Source: Microbotryum violaceum (lineage: Eukaryota). Taken from it: 64,000 bases of DNA. Shown in pieces: positions 15,183-28,900 of this stretch (within the stretch, counting starts at the first letter, position 1; the number at the start of each line of letters is the position of its first letter). Under the pieces are notes generated by a model, which did not search any database, was not told the origin of the DNA, and saw only the letters and a list, made by a program, of their open reading frames with translations. Location: contig CDLV01000005.1 of the NCBI GenBank assembly GCA_001244265.2, positions 1,860,001 through 1,924,000 of the forward strand, in the 5' to 3' direction. The position numbers and the translations under genes were made by a program.

Positions 15183-18100
15183 AAGACTGGTAGAGTGCAA
15201 TGTTGTCAAACAGCTCCACCAAGTGTACCATGTTCAACCTGGGCTCCATCGGGACCTTTGCTGGGTGCTTCGATCTGTGATCTCTGCCATACGTAGCGAC
15301 AAGGCTCCTGATGTACTTGGACTGGTGCACAAAGATGAACTTGGACGAGCGCAGGAATTCGAGACCGAGAAACACCTTCACAGGACCAAGTCGCTTGAGT
15401 TGGTACACCTTGTTGAAAGCTTGGATCTCCGAATCCAGAAACGTCTGATCGTTCGCGGCAGCGAGTCCATCATCGACATAAAGAGTAATGTAGATGAACA
15501 TCTCCTCGACATGCTTGACGTAAAGACATGAATCGGCGTCAGATCGCAAGTAACCACAAGCGACCATGAGTTTGTTGACTGCCGAGTTCCATTCTCGAGG
15601 AGCTTGCTTCGTTCCATACATTGATTTGACAAGACGAAGGACTTGGCCAAGCTGAGGATGATCCCAACCCTTGGGATACTTCATGTAGACCATCTCCGTC
15701 ATTGTTCCGTTCAGAAACGCTGAGTCGTAATCGAATTGTTCGAGGCACAGTCCTTGGGATGCAGTGATGGCGATGAGAAAGAGAATTCTCGTAGAGCATG
15801 CAACAGGAGCGAAAGTCTCATTGTAGTCAATGCCAGATCGCCGTGCAAAACCTTGCGCGACCAATCGAGCCTTGTAACGAATGACTTCTCCTTGAGTGTT
15901 CTCCTTACGAGCGAAAACCCACTTCAACCCGAGAGCGCAAGCACCGTGGGGAAGATCCGAGTCTGCAAGGGCTTGATGACGATCCATCGCATTGAGTTTG
16001 TCCTGGATAGCTTCCTTCCACTTGTCCGCTTCAACATTATTCATCGCTTCTTCGTAGCTGCTGGGTACGGCCGGTCGATCCGTGCTGATCATCGCATAGC
16101 CAGACATGATGGGGTGGTTCGGGATCGAGTTTGGGTATATCTGTGACAAAGAGACCTTGTTGTTCCGCGATGCGTCTTTGGCCACGAGTACGCTGATGAA
16201 TCTCGTTGCCTGCGTCGATCTCCTCAAACCTGCCTGGGTTTCGACCCCTAACTGCGGGATCTCCGTATTCCCAACGAGGACGGTTCGGACGAGCAGGGGC
16301 TATCTGCTCTACAGCAACCTCATCCTGAAGTTCGTCTCCGGCGTTGATGCCTTCCAAGACGGGACCCACATCTTCATCTGGCCCCTCGAGCAAAGTCGTG
16401 ACCTCCGGTGCACGGACCTCCTCTGGTTGTAGGTTCAAGACCGCAATGTCGCGTGTGATGACCACCTTGTGTTCCGAATTGGAGTCGACAAGCACGCGAT
16501 AGTTGTACTCGTTGTCATACCCGATGAACGTTCCCCTGACTGAAGTTGGCTCGAGCTTAGAGCGTTTCAACTTGGGGACTTGCGCAAAGACGGTCGATCC
16601 AAACGGACGAAAGTGCAAGACCTTGGGCTTCTTTCCGTAGAAAACTTCGTAAGCCGTCTTGCCATCCAACTTGGAGTGTAGGACCCGATTCGCGACGAAC
16701 GTGGCGTACTCCATCGCATAAGACCAGTACTTCCAGGACAGCTTGGAGGCTGCAAGGACCGCACGAACGATTGCCATCAACAAGCCATTGAAGCGTTCAA
16801 CCGTTCCATTCTGTTGTGGGGTGTACAGTGCTGAGGTCTCATGTAGAATTCCTTGACTTTGGCTATCTGTGCCGATGAGCTTGTTGGTGAACTCGTTGCC
16901 ATTGTCCGTGCGAACGCGCTTGATTTTGCGACCAGTCATCTTCTTGACACCTTGTCAAAATGCGATCCATACGCGAGTGACTTCTTCGGCCGACTTGGTC
17001 TTCAACGGAAATGTCCACTTCGCAGTCAAGTACTGGTCTACAATAGCCAGGTACGCCTTTCGACCTTGAAAATCGACTTGATCTTCTGCGACGAATCCGA
17101 TGTCCATGAATACGCGTTGAAGGACGTCGGTGACATGAGTAACCGACTCGGAGAACTTCGATACGCGAGACTTGGAACTGATGCAGGGCTCGCAGTCGTG
17201 GACCTTCTCGTCGGTGAGAACTAGTCCATCTACAGCGCCTGACTTGACGAGCTCCTTGAGCGAGCTCACGGCGATGTGGCCGTAGCGACGATGCCATTCC
17301 ATCAAAGGTGCTCCCACTGTCGCACGAGTTGCAACATGAGCTTGGTCCTCGACAATGCGCGTAAAGTCGAGGGTGTAACCGGTACCGTTCAGCGTCTTTG
17401 CTACGGTAAGCCCTTTGATCTTGATCATCATGACATCCCTGCCATCTTCCCATCCGCAACTAGCTCCTGATCGGTATAGAGCACGAGTCGAGACGAGGTT
17501 CACCGGAGCGCCCGGGAGATGGTAGACGTTCGAAAGTGAGAGCGAGGCCCCGCTTCTCAACTTGAACCGTACCGTACCATACGTGTCGCAATGTACTACC
17601 TGACCGCTTGCGGTTTGAACGTTCAAACTTCCATGTTGACGGTCGGTAAGCAGACTTGCGTTGCCGACGTAGTGCTGACTCGCACCGGTGTCCAGGATCC
17701 AGATCTCACTCTGGTCATTCTGTGACACCCTATTCGCGACGTTGATGTGAAGTGAATGGCTCTCCTCGAGAGACTTGACCACCAACGCAAAAGAAGCCGA
17801 CTCCTCCGAATCCGCAGATCCCTTGGAATGCTTATGTTGCTTCTTCTTCTTGTTGCTGTGGTTCTTGTTACGACTGCATTTGGCGTTCGGATCGTACTTG
17901 GGACATTCCGGATCGATTTGGTAATGACCGGTTCCCTTGCAACCACGACAAATGCAGTTCAGATCACGCTTGACTTGCGTGCCTTCGCGAACCGCTAACG
18001 CTCCCGCGTTCTTGAGTAATTTGTCGTACTTGCCAGTGAGCTTGCGTTCACTGTACTCGTCGGTAAGTCGATTGACGGCGTAGTCAACCGAGCACTTATC

Positions 18101-18685
18101 GCTGAGCTTTATAGCTTGCTTGAGCATCTTGTATGAGGGAGGTAGAGCTTGAAGCATAAACGCGACGATGGCTTCATCCTTGAACTTTTGGCCGAGATCT
18201 TCGAGTTGATCGACCTTGTCCGTGATGCCCTGGAGAAACTTGCCGAGGTTGGTGTCCTCATCGTACGACGCATTCGAAATCTCGTAGAGTAGCGTGCGAA
18301 TCTTGAACGGATCGGCGTTCCCTTCGTGGTGTTGTTTCAACTTCTCCCAGATGTTTTTGGCTGAGAGCGACTTGCTCTTGACCATCTTGAGATTCGAATC
18401 GTCGAGGCACGAGATGATGATCGCGCGCGCACTACAATCCCACTTGGTGATTAGAGTCGGGACCTTGCCCTCCTCTAGACTTGGGTCGATGCCATGGAGA
18501 GTCTTCCATGCTTGCACATCCATACTCGATGGTCGGTCGGCTCCGTGTTGAAGTACACTGCTGTAGCCACGACCTTCGAGGAACGCGTCGACTCGGATCG
18601 ACCACAGCTCGTAGTTATCTTTACCGAGCTTGGTGATCTTGATGTCCCCTTCATTCGATACATTGGTGGTAGTCGTCGAACTCAT
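15183..18685 (-). pseudogene. Copia C gag-pol, disrupted (stop at 16955, frameshift ~16130, truncated after RT)
   Basis: [24 protein letters not shown]...[35 protein letters not shown]. Confidence 0.9.
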
Positions 18686-19026
18686 AACCTGTTGTGGATT
18701 TGGACTTGGAGTACCAATGAATGAATGAAGATTCGCTGTAGCTACACGGCGTTGATAGATGACCTATTGTGAGATAGAGTATCGCCAAGGTCAATCAACT
18801 TGTAGCAGGCGAATGGGCAAGATAGATATCGAGTGTGTGTTAAAGAAGAAGGAGAGAGTGAACGAGACCAGAGCCTTAGATAGTATCCGCGTGCAAGCCA
18901 CCTCTGAGTCCAATCAATACGCCACACCGCCATCTGCCTCCATCCGGCGCCGCGCCACGCGCGCGCCAACTTCCCAATGCCACAAGTCCCTCTGGACCGC
19001 TGACCCTTTACTAATTTCCCACAACA
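15183..19026 (-). mobile_element. Ty1/Copia LTR retrotransposon, family C (3'-truncated: RNase H and 3' LTR missing)
   Basis: 5' LTR 18690-19026 (TGTTGTGG...CCACAACA) shares blocks with the family A LTR; PBS 18681-18689; inserted in LINE-B ORF2; pol breaks off at ...ALYQS. Confidence 0.92.
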
Positions 19027-21915
19027 CCTCCACGTCCACAGATCCGTGGCAAAGTCAAAGGTCGGAAGCGCTCGCCGGATGGAACTCCGAGCCAGATCGC
19101 CCCAAATCGCAGTTGACCCGCCGGCCAGCACGTCCCAAATCCGTACCGAGACTGAATCCACCACATCTTGGATGCTCACGACGCTGAGACCACCTCGCGC
19201 CCGTGTCGTGAAGACGACCGATTGCTTGTAGTCGCTGCGCCGCGGTCCTCCCTTCACAAAGTCGGCAAGCTTGCGCTCGATCGCCTTGATCACGTCGGAT
19301 GGCGGTATGTCGGCGGAGAGAGAGTGCAGCACCTTGGAGATGCCGTAGCGGTTGAGATAGAAAGCCCGGGTATGATGCGTCATCCATCGGTCGCGCACCG
19401 ATAGAATCACTCGATCAACCCTTCGCTCAAGATCATGGAATCCCAGCCTGTTGTTGCCGTCAGGCGCAAACTGGAGACCGATCCAGGGAAGAGACTCGTC
19501 CGGTGCCACGAACGACAGTTTGGACAAGTCCGCGCGATCCCACAACGTCGCGCCCAATAGCATCACCACGGTTTTGTCGGTGTTTAGACGGCCGTTCGTC
19601 GCGAGTCGCCAATCCCGAGCTAACGCCTCGAGCGAAGCAATAGCTTCCGGCCCAGCAACAGCGACGACGGCGTCATCCGCGAACGCCAAATTGGTGATGC
19701 ATCGAGTCTGCGGACGATGAGCCAGCTCCGGAAGAGTGATAGTCAGCGCAATGTTGCGTCGACTGAGAGAATCAAGGAAGGGTTGGAATACCACATCCCA
19801 GACAGAAGAAGAGAGAGGATCGCCCTGGCCAAGACCGCACAGGAGTCGCACCGTCTCGGTAAGGAAACCGTTGACAATGTACCGCGCTGTGGACGTCTCG
19901 CCGTTGTAGAGCATCCGCAAGACGCGCTGGAAAGATTCCGGCGCGCCGAGAGCCTCAAACACCGCAAAGACCCAGTCGTGCTCGACCATGTCGTAAGCCG
20001 AGCTCTGATCCAGGGAGAGGAGCGCTGCTGTCGGGAACTCTGCCCCACGACCCCTAATCTCGTCGATCAGGAGCCTCAGATGCAAAGCCGCGTCCACTGG
20101 TCTTCGCCCCTTGACGAACCCATGCTGTCCGGCCGGAAGAACATCGGGGAGGATCCGGTTCAGACGAGCCACGTAAACCTTGGTGAAGATCTTGTAGTCG
20201 CATTCCCGCAAGGTGATCGGACGATACGATTTGAGGTCGCACCGCGCTGCACCAGGTTTGTTGTGTTTGAACAAGAGGCGCACATTGGCCTGGCTCTGTT
20301 GTGGAGTAAGGGAGCCTCGAGTAATCAGCTCGTTGTAGGCTCGAGTCAAGAGAGGGGCCCAAAGCAGGGGGCAGGCTCGATACATCTCATAGGGGACCCC
20401 TGAAGGACCCGGAGATCGACCTTCGTGCGTGGTTCGAATCGCTGCGAGCACCTCGGCCTCGCTGATGGGCTCGGCCAGAATGTCGGCGTGCGAATTCGAG
20501 AACCGCCGAAGGAAGCGAGCGTCGGAAAGCGGGTCGTCACAAGGTCTTGCTGATCTGATGGGTCCCAAGAGCTCATCCCGCATCGTCACGACCTGTTCCG
20601 GATCCTTCGCTTCGACAAGGTAGTGCTGCTGGAAATGAGAATGGGTGTGCTCGAGCGTGCGCTCCATGTCAGTGGTGAGCTCGCCATCAGCGAGCCGGAT
20701 ACTCTGAAACTTCACATCCCGGGACCGAGCAGCCAGTTTGGCATGTACCGGACGACTGAGACGTTCCTCGGATGCAATCTCGGGCACGTGCGCCCTGATC
20801 CGGGACTGCCTTGCTCGCTCGTTCACAAGTTTGGTGAGAGCGTCGTGGGTGTTCGTCCAGTCGATAATATCGAAGGGGCTCAGCACCCGACGAGACTCAA
20901 TGTCCTGCAGTCGAGATACCAGCATCATTTCGAGGGCGTTGCGCTCCCGAAACAGACGCCGAGACAGCTCGAGAGCTTGGACCCGAGACTCCGAGAGTAC
21001 GCGCTGAAGGTCCGCGACCGGATCCCCAGACGGTGCCTGCTCAAGGAGACGAGTGACGAACTCCTTAAACTCGGCGTGTCTGAAGGTCGACGAGTTGATG
21101 CGGGTCAGAAAATGAGCCGCCTGGGGAAGGCAGAGCTCCTCTTCGACCTCGGCACCACTTGCGCGCAGCCTAAATGTGACCGTAACCGGTCGATGATCCG
21201 ACATGGATCGAGAGATATTGTACAGAGTAGAAGCAGAAACGACCCGTCGCTCGTGTCGCCGCTGCACCAGAACAAAGTCGATGCGCGCGCGCGAAATGAG
21301 CTGGCCGTCCTTGCTGAGATGTGGGCGCGTGGTCGCCGGCGACAGTGGGTGCATGAGCCGAATGGCATCCGTGTACGCCCCGTCGAGCCGAGACATAAGC
21401 ACAGGCCAGTGGTGGGTGTTCGGGCGGTCCACCTGTTGCGCTCGATCCACCGCGGGAATAGGGCAGTCGTTGAGATCTCCCGCGATGAACCGAATATGAG
21501 AGGAGACGGTCGCCCGAAAGTGAAGGGAGGTGAAGAAGAGGAGGCGCTCGGCGGGTTGAACCGGAGCGTAGATATTGTTGAGTTCGACGACGTCCGTCGA
21601 ACCCCGCACATCGAAGGTGGTCACGAGTAAGCGCCCGCCAAGAGACTGACGCGTGCGACGATGACCACCGAGAAGAAGAGAAGAGCTTGGAATCAAAGTG
21701 AGGCAGTGTTGAGAAAAGTAGGCCTCGCCCTGGTGGGACTGGGCGTACTCGTGGCGTATGTGAGGTTGCCGTGCTTTAGGAACATTATGTTCCTGGAGAA
21801 GGATAGCAGAAGGGGGAGGTGTGAGCGAAGTGATATACGAAAGAAGCCGACGACGTCGTTCAGGGGTATTGAAGCCCCTGTTGACGTTCCAGGTCATGAT
21901 GATGAAGTCAATCAT
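19027..21915 (-). CDS. LINE-B ORF2: apurinic-type endonuclease + reverse transcriptase (interrupted at 19027)
   Basis: MIDFIIMTWNVNRG, LQEH, NIYAP, GDLND, RIDF, SDHRP; SPGPSG, YRPITL, QHGFVKGR, LDQSSAYD, GLGQGDPLS, AFADD, GGL. Confidence 0.93.
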
Positions 21916-23885
21916 TACGATCGCGCCTTCGTTGCAGCAGCAGCTCCTTTGATGGACAACATAGGTCCGAATGTGGGTGACGGGAGAGGGTCCGCAGCAG
22001 TCGATTCGTTCCAGTCCGATGTGCGCGCAACGCTGGTGAGACGCTGGATACGCTCGGACCGGCGAAGACCCTGGAAGTTCCTTCTTCCACCTCCTGCTTG
22101 GGCTCGGGCTCGGGATCACACACTGGACCTGGAGACGGCGAAGGCATCCAACCGGTCACAGACGGGGTGCGGTCCAACTCGGTGATCTCATCGTACAGAC
22201 CGGCATCCTGTTTGCGCTCGCGATCCGACACACGATTCATCCAGTCGTCAGGAAGACCGTCCATATCAAGTTGATGGTGACTGGCCGATCGGAACCGCGT
22301 CAGCTCAGGGGTCGTCGAGACAACCTCAGGCATAGACCCCGTCTCGGCCGACTGCGATTCCCCTTCTTCCGCGTCACTCGTCTCCGTGTGTTCCTCCTGG
22401 TTCCCCTCCGCTCCGCGGTCCTGCAGATCCGACAGATCCGAAGGCTCCAACGGCGGCACCTCCTGCTGTGGTTCCAGCTGTGCCTCGACTACGCTCATCT
22501 CGTCCTCGAGAGCCTGAGCGGGCTCCCCTGCGCCTCTTCGGCCACGTCGCCGGCCAGACTTGCGAATGGGTTTGCGGCGACGATGAAACCGCGAAGGGCG
22601 GATGCTGTGGGTGTAGAGCTTTGTGAACGAGCAGGGTAGACTCGTGGTGAGTTGTTAGTGGCCCTTGTGGGAGATGCGTTCTTCTTTGAACGCTTGGACG
22701 CGACAGGGGACATTGGGGGAGAGGGAGAGGCTACATCACCTCTGCGTTGTTTTTGGGGGGTCGAGGTTTGCTCGATGCTGCTTTGGGGCTCGGCCTGGGG
22801 CCTTTGGTTGTTGTTATTTTTCTGGGCGGCCTGCTGACGCTGGACCGGCTTTTGAACGCAGTTGTCGGAGTGGCCTACAAAACCGCATCGGCGGCAGGAG
22901 GCTTCGGCCTCGTAGTCGTGGCGAAGGGGCGTGAGAGTTGCGAGTCGTCCTCGAAGGTCGATCCTCGTCGGTAGAACCTGTCGAAGTTGAGCACCGTTGT
23001 TTTTGAACAGATCGTCGTCGTCGAACTGGACGATGGCCGCGTAGTTTCCTCGAGCAACGAGATACGAGCCTTGAACGACTGTTAGAGGCTGCTGGAGTTG
23101 GAGCAAGTCGCGCTTGTGGCCGTCCCCGGTAAGCTTGGCGACGACGCCTTGCAGTTTGCTCCAGAGGTCGTCATTCGTGTATTCAGCCTCAGGACTGATG
23201 ATGAAACGCAGTTCGACGACGTTCTTGACGAACGCCAAGCGCTTGCGGACTTGGGCAAAGGAGCGTTTCCACTCGATCTTGGTCGCCGCGTCGTGGACTT
23301 GGTCGAGCGCCGCTGCGCTAGCGCAGCGCACCACGAACTTGAACCGGGTGTTGCCGTTTTGGATGATCGACTCCGGTGCGACTCCATGGATGACTGCAGC
23401 GTATTTCTGGAGCTCGGGGGGAGGACAACTCCTGCGGGCAGGTTAAAACACAACGACGTGTCGGGCGACAGGGTACGGAGCACCTTCGAGTACAACTCGG
23501 ACTTCTCGCGTTCAGTGGCCACACCGGTGTGTTCGAACGTGACTTCAAGAACGGCACCAGACGTGTCGGCGATTGGTTTCGTTGCATTGAGTGCGCTAAA
23601 GCGCAGGGAGGTGGCCCGGTCCTTGCCGAAGCCGAGTGCTTCTTTGAGCACAAGGATGCGGGTGCCCTGGCGTGTGCCATCTTCGACACTGATCATCTTC
23701 AGGATCCTCGCGACATCCTCCTTCCTCTTCTTCTCTTCATCACGCTTTTCCTGGTACAGCGCTAGGCCGGGGTTCCCTGGTCCCTCGGCGGCATCGGCCT
23801 CCGCCCCCGCGTCACCACGTGGTTGCCCCGTCGCTGCCGGCTCCGGAGGGCCGCGGCCCGGATCAGGCGGTGCCTGGTCGGACAT
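21908..23885 (-). CDS. LINE-B ORF1 (nucleic-acid-binding protein); two homopolymer frameshifts
   Basis: MSDQAPPDPGRGPPEP start, CRRCGFVGHSDNC knuckle, acidic low-complexity tail. Adding one base in the runs at ~23416-23421 and ~22526-22529 restores a single frame whose stop overlaps the ORF2 ATG. Confidence 0.75.
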
Positions 23886-24835
23886 TGGGTCGATAGCTGA
23901 TGTAGCGGTTGATGTATTCGATGTATTGACGTTTGCCGAGGTAGGGTAGTGCAACAAAGATGAAAGATGAAAGATGAAAGATGATTTTTTTTTTGTTTTG
24001 ACTGGGGCTCATAAATTGCAATCCTTCGGGTTGGCTGGGACCGCTACAAAAAGAGCTAAAGGAGGTTATAAAGCAACGACGGCAAGCAGTTGGGTGAAAG
24101 TCAAACCCCTGCGCGCAAAGAGCGCTGCGCAGATCAAAACTCGCCGAGCACCTAACGCGGACTCCAACGGGCGGTGAGTACTGCTGCCGCTTCACATCCC
24201 AAGAGCGGGAGCAAAGATACTCGAAAACCAGGCAAGAGCGCCTAGAGAAAGAAGGGGGAGAGTATACAGAAAGTCACGACTGGGGATACGGAGAACCAGG
24301 AATACTAAGACAGAGAGGAGGGGAACACACCCGAGGGGCCAAGGTAGGGGGTCGAAGCCGGAGGTAGAGGTCCCCAGGGACTAACAGGCCGCAGCCAAGC
24401 CCCAGCTACTCGTCACCCCGACAGCGCCTGATGTCCTCCCTTGGCTGAATCTCGAGTGCTGGCTGTTGAGCCGTCGGGGCCGAGAGAAAAGCGATCCAGT
24501 ACAACGAAACGAGCCTCGCCTTGACGCGAGGATATTGACCAGAAACGAGCGACCTTCCTTCCCGAGCCATGCCGTAGATCTTGACCAACGCGAACGAACG
24601 AACCATTCAACGGAATCCAACACACGGAACGCAAAGACAATCGACCTGGCTTGCCGATCCATCCAAGAACAAAAAACCGCTACTGCGCAAAGTAGAGAGA
24701 GAGAGGGAGAGGTGCGCAGCCTTCCACTGCGCAACAAGTTCCAAGACAGTCAGCTTCTAAAAGAGGAGTCGACCTCCGAAAAAGAAGGGAGGAAAGGAGG
24801 GGAGGAAAATGGGAAGGAAGGACTTAACTCGGTCA

Positions 24836-25959
24836 TCACACCTCCCAATCTCGAGCCCCAGGCACAAAACCCGCTCGAGAGAGAAAATCTCGCTCGAACG
24901 CTCTGAGTGCACTGGGGAGCGAGGGAGGGGCCACGACCTTGTCCAGCTCGAACCGCTGATGAACGCGCCAGCGGAGCAGGTGCAGCCGCTGGAAGCCGAT
25001 CGCGCAGGCCAGCCGAACCCACATCCATCTCGAGGTCGTTCTCCCACGACCCCGCAAAAGGGGGAGCCCCATAGTCAGCTGCTCCGGAGTGAACGTCGAC
25101 GGATCGACGTCGGTATCCTCGATGCCCAGCTTGTCGAACAGAATGCGAAGCAGCCTACCCAGAAGCTGGTCGAGTACGCGCACTCGAAGAAGTAGTGCGA
25201 CACCGTCTCGATGACCGCTGCATCGTTGCCGCAGAACAGACACGTCGGCGAAGAGGCATGACCCTGAGTATGCTGCCTCTTGCGCGTCGGCGTCACGTCG
25301 TACATGAGCCGCCAGTGGGTGTCCTGCTCCACAGCAGACGCAAACCGGTCATGAAGCCATCTCCAGAAGCGCTTCCTATCGCTCTGAGAAGTCCCATCAC
25401 GGAAACGCTTGACACGATCCTCCCTCCCTGGGAACCGAACCACGTTCACAAGCCGACGAAGCTTGCGAATAGTGAACGGTCGGGTGAGCCCAAAGAAGTT
25501 GAAGCACCGAGGACGGGGAGCCTCCTTGAGAGGTATCCGAGCAGGTCGCAACGCGGTCTTGGGCAGCAAGGCTTTCGCCTTGAGCAACTGACCCACGCGC
25601 GACCACACGTGCTCGTGCTGTAGGGCGGGTTCCTTAGAGTGCTGCCAGAACCCGCGTCGATGACCAACCAGAGCCCAGCCCTTCCTTTCGTCCCTCCAGT
25701 ACAGGTCCGCGATCTGCGCAAACTTCGCCACTGCGTCCGCATCGTCATATGCGTGCTTGGCACCTTCAGCATAGAGTGAAGGGAGGCGAGGCGGAAGCGA
25801 GAGCAATTTGGGGAGCGTAAGGAGTTCGGACTTGATGGTTGGAACTGTGACCCTGGCAGCTGCAACGACTGCCCCCCAGCGCGTCGAGTCGCGATACAGC
25901 TTCTCGACCCGAGCCGTGCTGCTGAAGAACCCCCACGGACTGAAATCGCGGGTCGCAGC
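24836..25959 (-). CDS. LINE-A ORF2 3' part (zf-RVT-like C-terminus)
   Basis: ATRDFSPWGFF...FWRWLH...HWRLMYDVTPTRKR...CLFC...ETVSHYFFEC..FW; continues the frame cut at TSD GCAGC; one frameshift near 25157. Confidence 0.85.
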
Positions 25960-28900
25960 TAACGCAGAAAAGATGCGAGCGCGGAAGTAAAGCCTTCCGA
26001 TAGGTGAGGGTGCACGACGCCGAGAAGTCAGGACCACAATGTAGAGCGAGTGATGATAAGTATTCCAGTAAACAGCCTTCCGATAGGTGAGGGTGCACGA
26101 CGCCGAGAAGTCAGGACCACAATGTAGAGCGAGTGATGAGAAAGCTATCAAGAGTAAACAGCCGCGCTGGAAGAAAGCCCCGCGCGCTCCCTAACTTAAA
26201 CAGATCAAACTACAATACCAAAGTGACTAATGACTAAACGCACGCGCATCCGCGCAGATACCACAGGCACAGACACATATCAAACGACACTCCCCCATGC
26301 CAAGGTAGCCAGCGAGACCATCCCGAGTCCCTCGCGATGCGTAGCAAACTTGAGTTTGGGCAGGGGTTTCGTGAAAATGTCGGCCGTGTTCAGATTGGTC
26401 GGACAGTAGCGGAGATCGATATCGCCAACCTCGATTCGTTCGCGTAGATAGAAATGATGCACATTCCAATGGCGTGTACGACCTCGAGCTCCGGGATTCT
26501 TCGCCAAATCGATGCAAGGTTGGTTGTCCTCGTGCAGAACAGTAGATTGACCTTGATTGATGCGAAGTTCGGACGCCAGGTTGCGAAGACCGATAGCCTC
26601 CTTTGCTGCGGTTGAAGCAGCCAGAGTCTCAGACTCTGCTGTAGAAGAAGCGACCATCGTTTGTTGCTTCGACTTCCAGGAAATGGCAGGGCCAGCCATA
26701 ATGACGACATATGCTCCCACAGATCTTCCGTTGTCGTGATCGCAACCAAACGACGCGTCACTGTACACCTCGAATTTGGTAGAACCGCCTACGCGGTAGA
26801 GTAGCCCATAGTTGACGGTGTCAGAAAGATAGCGAAAGATTCGCTTGACGCAGATCCAGTCTCCTTCGGTTGGAGCAGCCACGCACTTCGCCACCGCACG
26901 AACAGCAGTCGCGATATCGGGACGAACACGTTGCGCAGCATATTGAAGCGCTCCCACAGCCGATTGATAAACGAGAATGTCGGCGAACGGAGCAGGAGAA
27001 GACGAAACGACGCAATCCTCCATTGGAGTCGCGACCGGCTTCTTCGACTTGCTTTCGAACGTGTAGTGCTCGAGTAAGCCTCTAATGTACTTAGACTGGT
27101 GGACAAAGATGAAATCCTTGGTACGAATAAACTCGAGACCGAGGAACGTCTTGACCGGGCCAAGTCGCTTGAGCTTGTAGACCGCATCAAAAGCCGAAAT
27201 CTCGGAGTCCAGAAAAGCCTGGTTGTTCGATGCAGCAAGCCCATCATCAACGTACAAAGTGATGATTGCGAACGACTTGCCATGATACTTGAAGTACAGA
27301 CAAGCATCGACATTGGAGCGCGTATAGCCGCAATCCGTCATCAGCTTGTGGAGAGCCGCGTTCCATTGCCGAGGAGCCTGCTTGGTGCCGTACATAGATT
27401 TAAGGAGCTTGAGAGCGTGACCGGGCCGAGAGCCACCAGTCCATCCTTCAGGAATCTTCATGTAGACATCCTCCTCCATGATCCCGTTGAGAAACCCAGA
27501 ATCATAGTCGAACTGTTCGAGGACGAGTCCGAGAGCGGCAGAGATGGCAATGAGAAACAAAATTGTCGTGATCGACGAGACAGGAGCAAACATCTCGTTG
27601 TAGTCGATCCCAAGTCGTTGAGCGAAGCCTTGGATAACGAGCCGAGCCTTGTAGCTGATGATATTGCCTTCAGCGTCTTCTTTGCGAGTGAACACCCAAC
27701 GATAGCCCAGGGCGCGAGCCCCGGTGGGTAGCCTCGTAAGCTTGAAGACCTTGTGCAATTTGAATGAGCCCAACTCCTTTTCAGAAGCGGCCATCCAGTG
27801 TTTGGCCTCAGGAGAGGCCATCGCCTCCACAAAATTCTTGGGAAGCGGGGGTGACGAGACGAAACCATAGCAATGAGCTCTGGTGGATGACGGTAGACCG
27901 AGCGAGTAGACACGACACGAAGGGCGCCTGTGTGATGCTGAGCACGCAGGCGAGTCGGTAAAATGTTACCTGCATCGACGTTCTCGAGCGCACCAGGGTT
28001 GCGGCCGACACGGTAAGGTCGATACTCGTAACCATCCTCAGGAGGTAATGGTTGATCGTGTTCCGCAGGGCTGTCGTCGTCGTCACTGCCGATAGCCTCA
28101 ACAGCTTCCTCGCGTCGATGATCGATCGGGTCCTCTTCAACTTCAGCGTCTTCGGCCAATGGACCGACAGCCGGGAAAGGAGGAGGAGCAACGTCGTCAT
28201 CGTCCGTATGTTGGAAACGAGGAAGAGGAGCGGGAGCTGGCCGAAAAGCCGGACCAAGCTCGGGTACGAGCGCAGGCCGTAAAGCCGGAACTTCTGCCTC
28301 GGGAAAGAGCGCAGGCTGAAAAGCCAAACCTGCCTCGGGTAGGGGAGCAGGCCGTAAAGCCGGAATCTGCTCCAAGCCAGGAAACGGTAGTTGGTGTACT
28401 AACTCGTGTTCCTGTAGAGGTTCAACTTCGTAGATGCGAGGCTCGACAGCCGAGTCCGCAATCGAAGGAGCCTTGTCGGAGAAGGTGACATCGGAAGAGA
28501 CGACGATCTTGAAAGACCGACCGTGTTCGACGCAAACCTTGTAGTTGTACTCCCCGAATAGCCGAGGAAAGTACCCTTGACAGTATGGTCATCGAGCTTC
28601 TTACGAATCGCCTTAGGGACGAGAACGTAGGCAGTAGATCCGAACGCGCGAAGATGCGAAACGTCGGGTTGCTTGCCAAAGAAGACCTCGAACGCAGTCT
28701 TGCCCTTGAGATGTGGGTGAGGACCGCGGTTGGAAACGAAAACAGCCGCTTCCAATGCGTAGAACCAATACTTCTTGGGAAGTCCGGAGTCCTTGAGCAT
28801 GGCACGGACGAGCGCGAAGAGAGAGCCATTCGCGCGCTCCACTTGACCATTCTGCTGCGGCGTGTAGCATGCAGCCAGTTCATGGGTGATGCCAAGTGCC

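Larger units (their letters stand above)
19027..23984 (-). mobile_element. L1/Tx1-like LINE-B (5' UTR, ORF1, most of ORF2); interrupted by Copia C
   Basis: 5' end is (TCATCTT)4 directly after the LINE-A poly(A); ORF1 has a CCHC-like knuckle; ORF2 encodes APE + RT. Confidence 0.9.

Noticed and set aside
15181-15185. GGAAG matching Copia A's flank (1959-1963) as a shared TSD
   Set aside because: A 5-mer match is expected by chance, no LTR is adjacent, and joining there puts the His-box-like peptide out of frame.
14479-15531. 350-aa ORF as one chimeric gene
   Set aside because: After ~15181 it is only the antisense shadow of Copia C RT, read through a deletion junction.
18742-19026. C-terminal ~95 aa of the 1125-aa LINE ORF
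   Set aside because: It is read-through into the Copia C LTR; the track's N-terminal part upstream of 21915 overlaps ORF1 and is probably not translated.
21908-22498. Apparent third ORF between LINE-B ORF1 and ORF2, coupled by an ATGA stop-start overlap
   Set aside because: One extra base in the run at ~22526-22529 fuses it in frame to ORF1 (EAQGEPAQALEDEMSVV), so it is better read as the ORF1 tail.
23190-23215. CTGATGA...GAAA hammerhead-like core
   Set aside because: It lacks the required stems and lies antisense within ORF1 coding sequence.
19717-23949. Long plus-strand ORFs over the LINEs
   Set aside because: Antisense shadows of GC-rich coding sequence with no motifs of their own.
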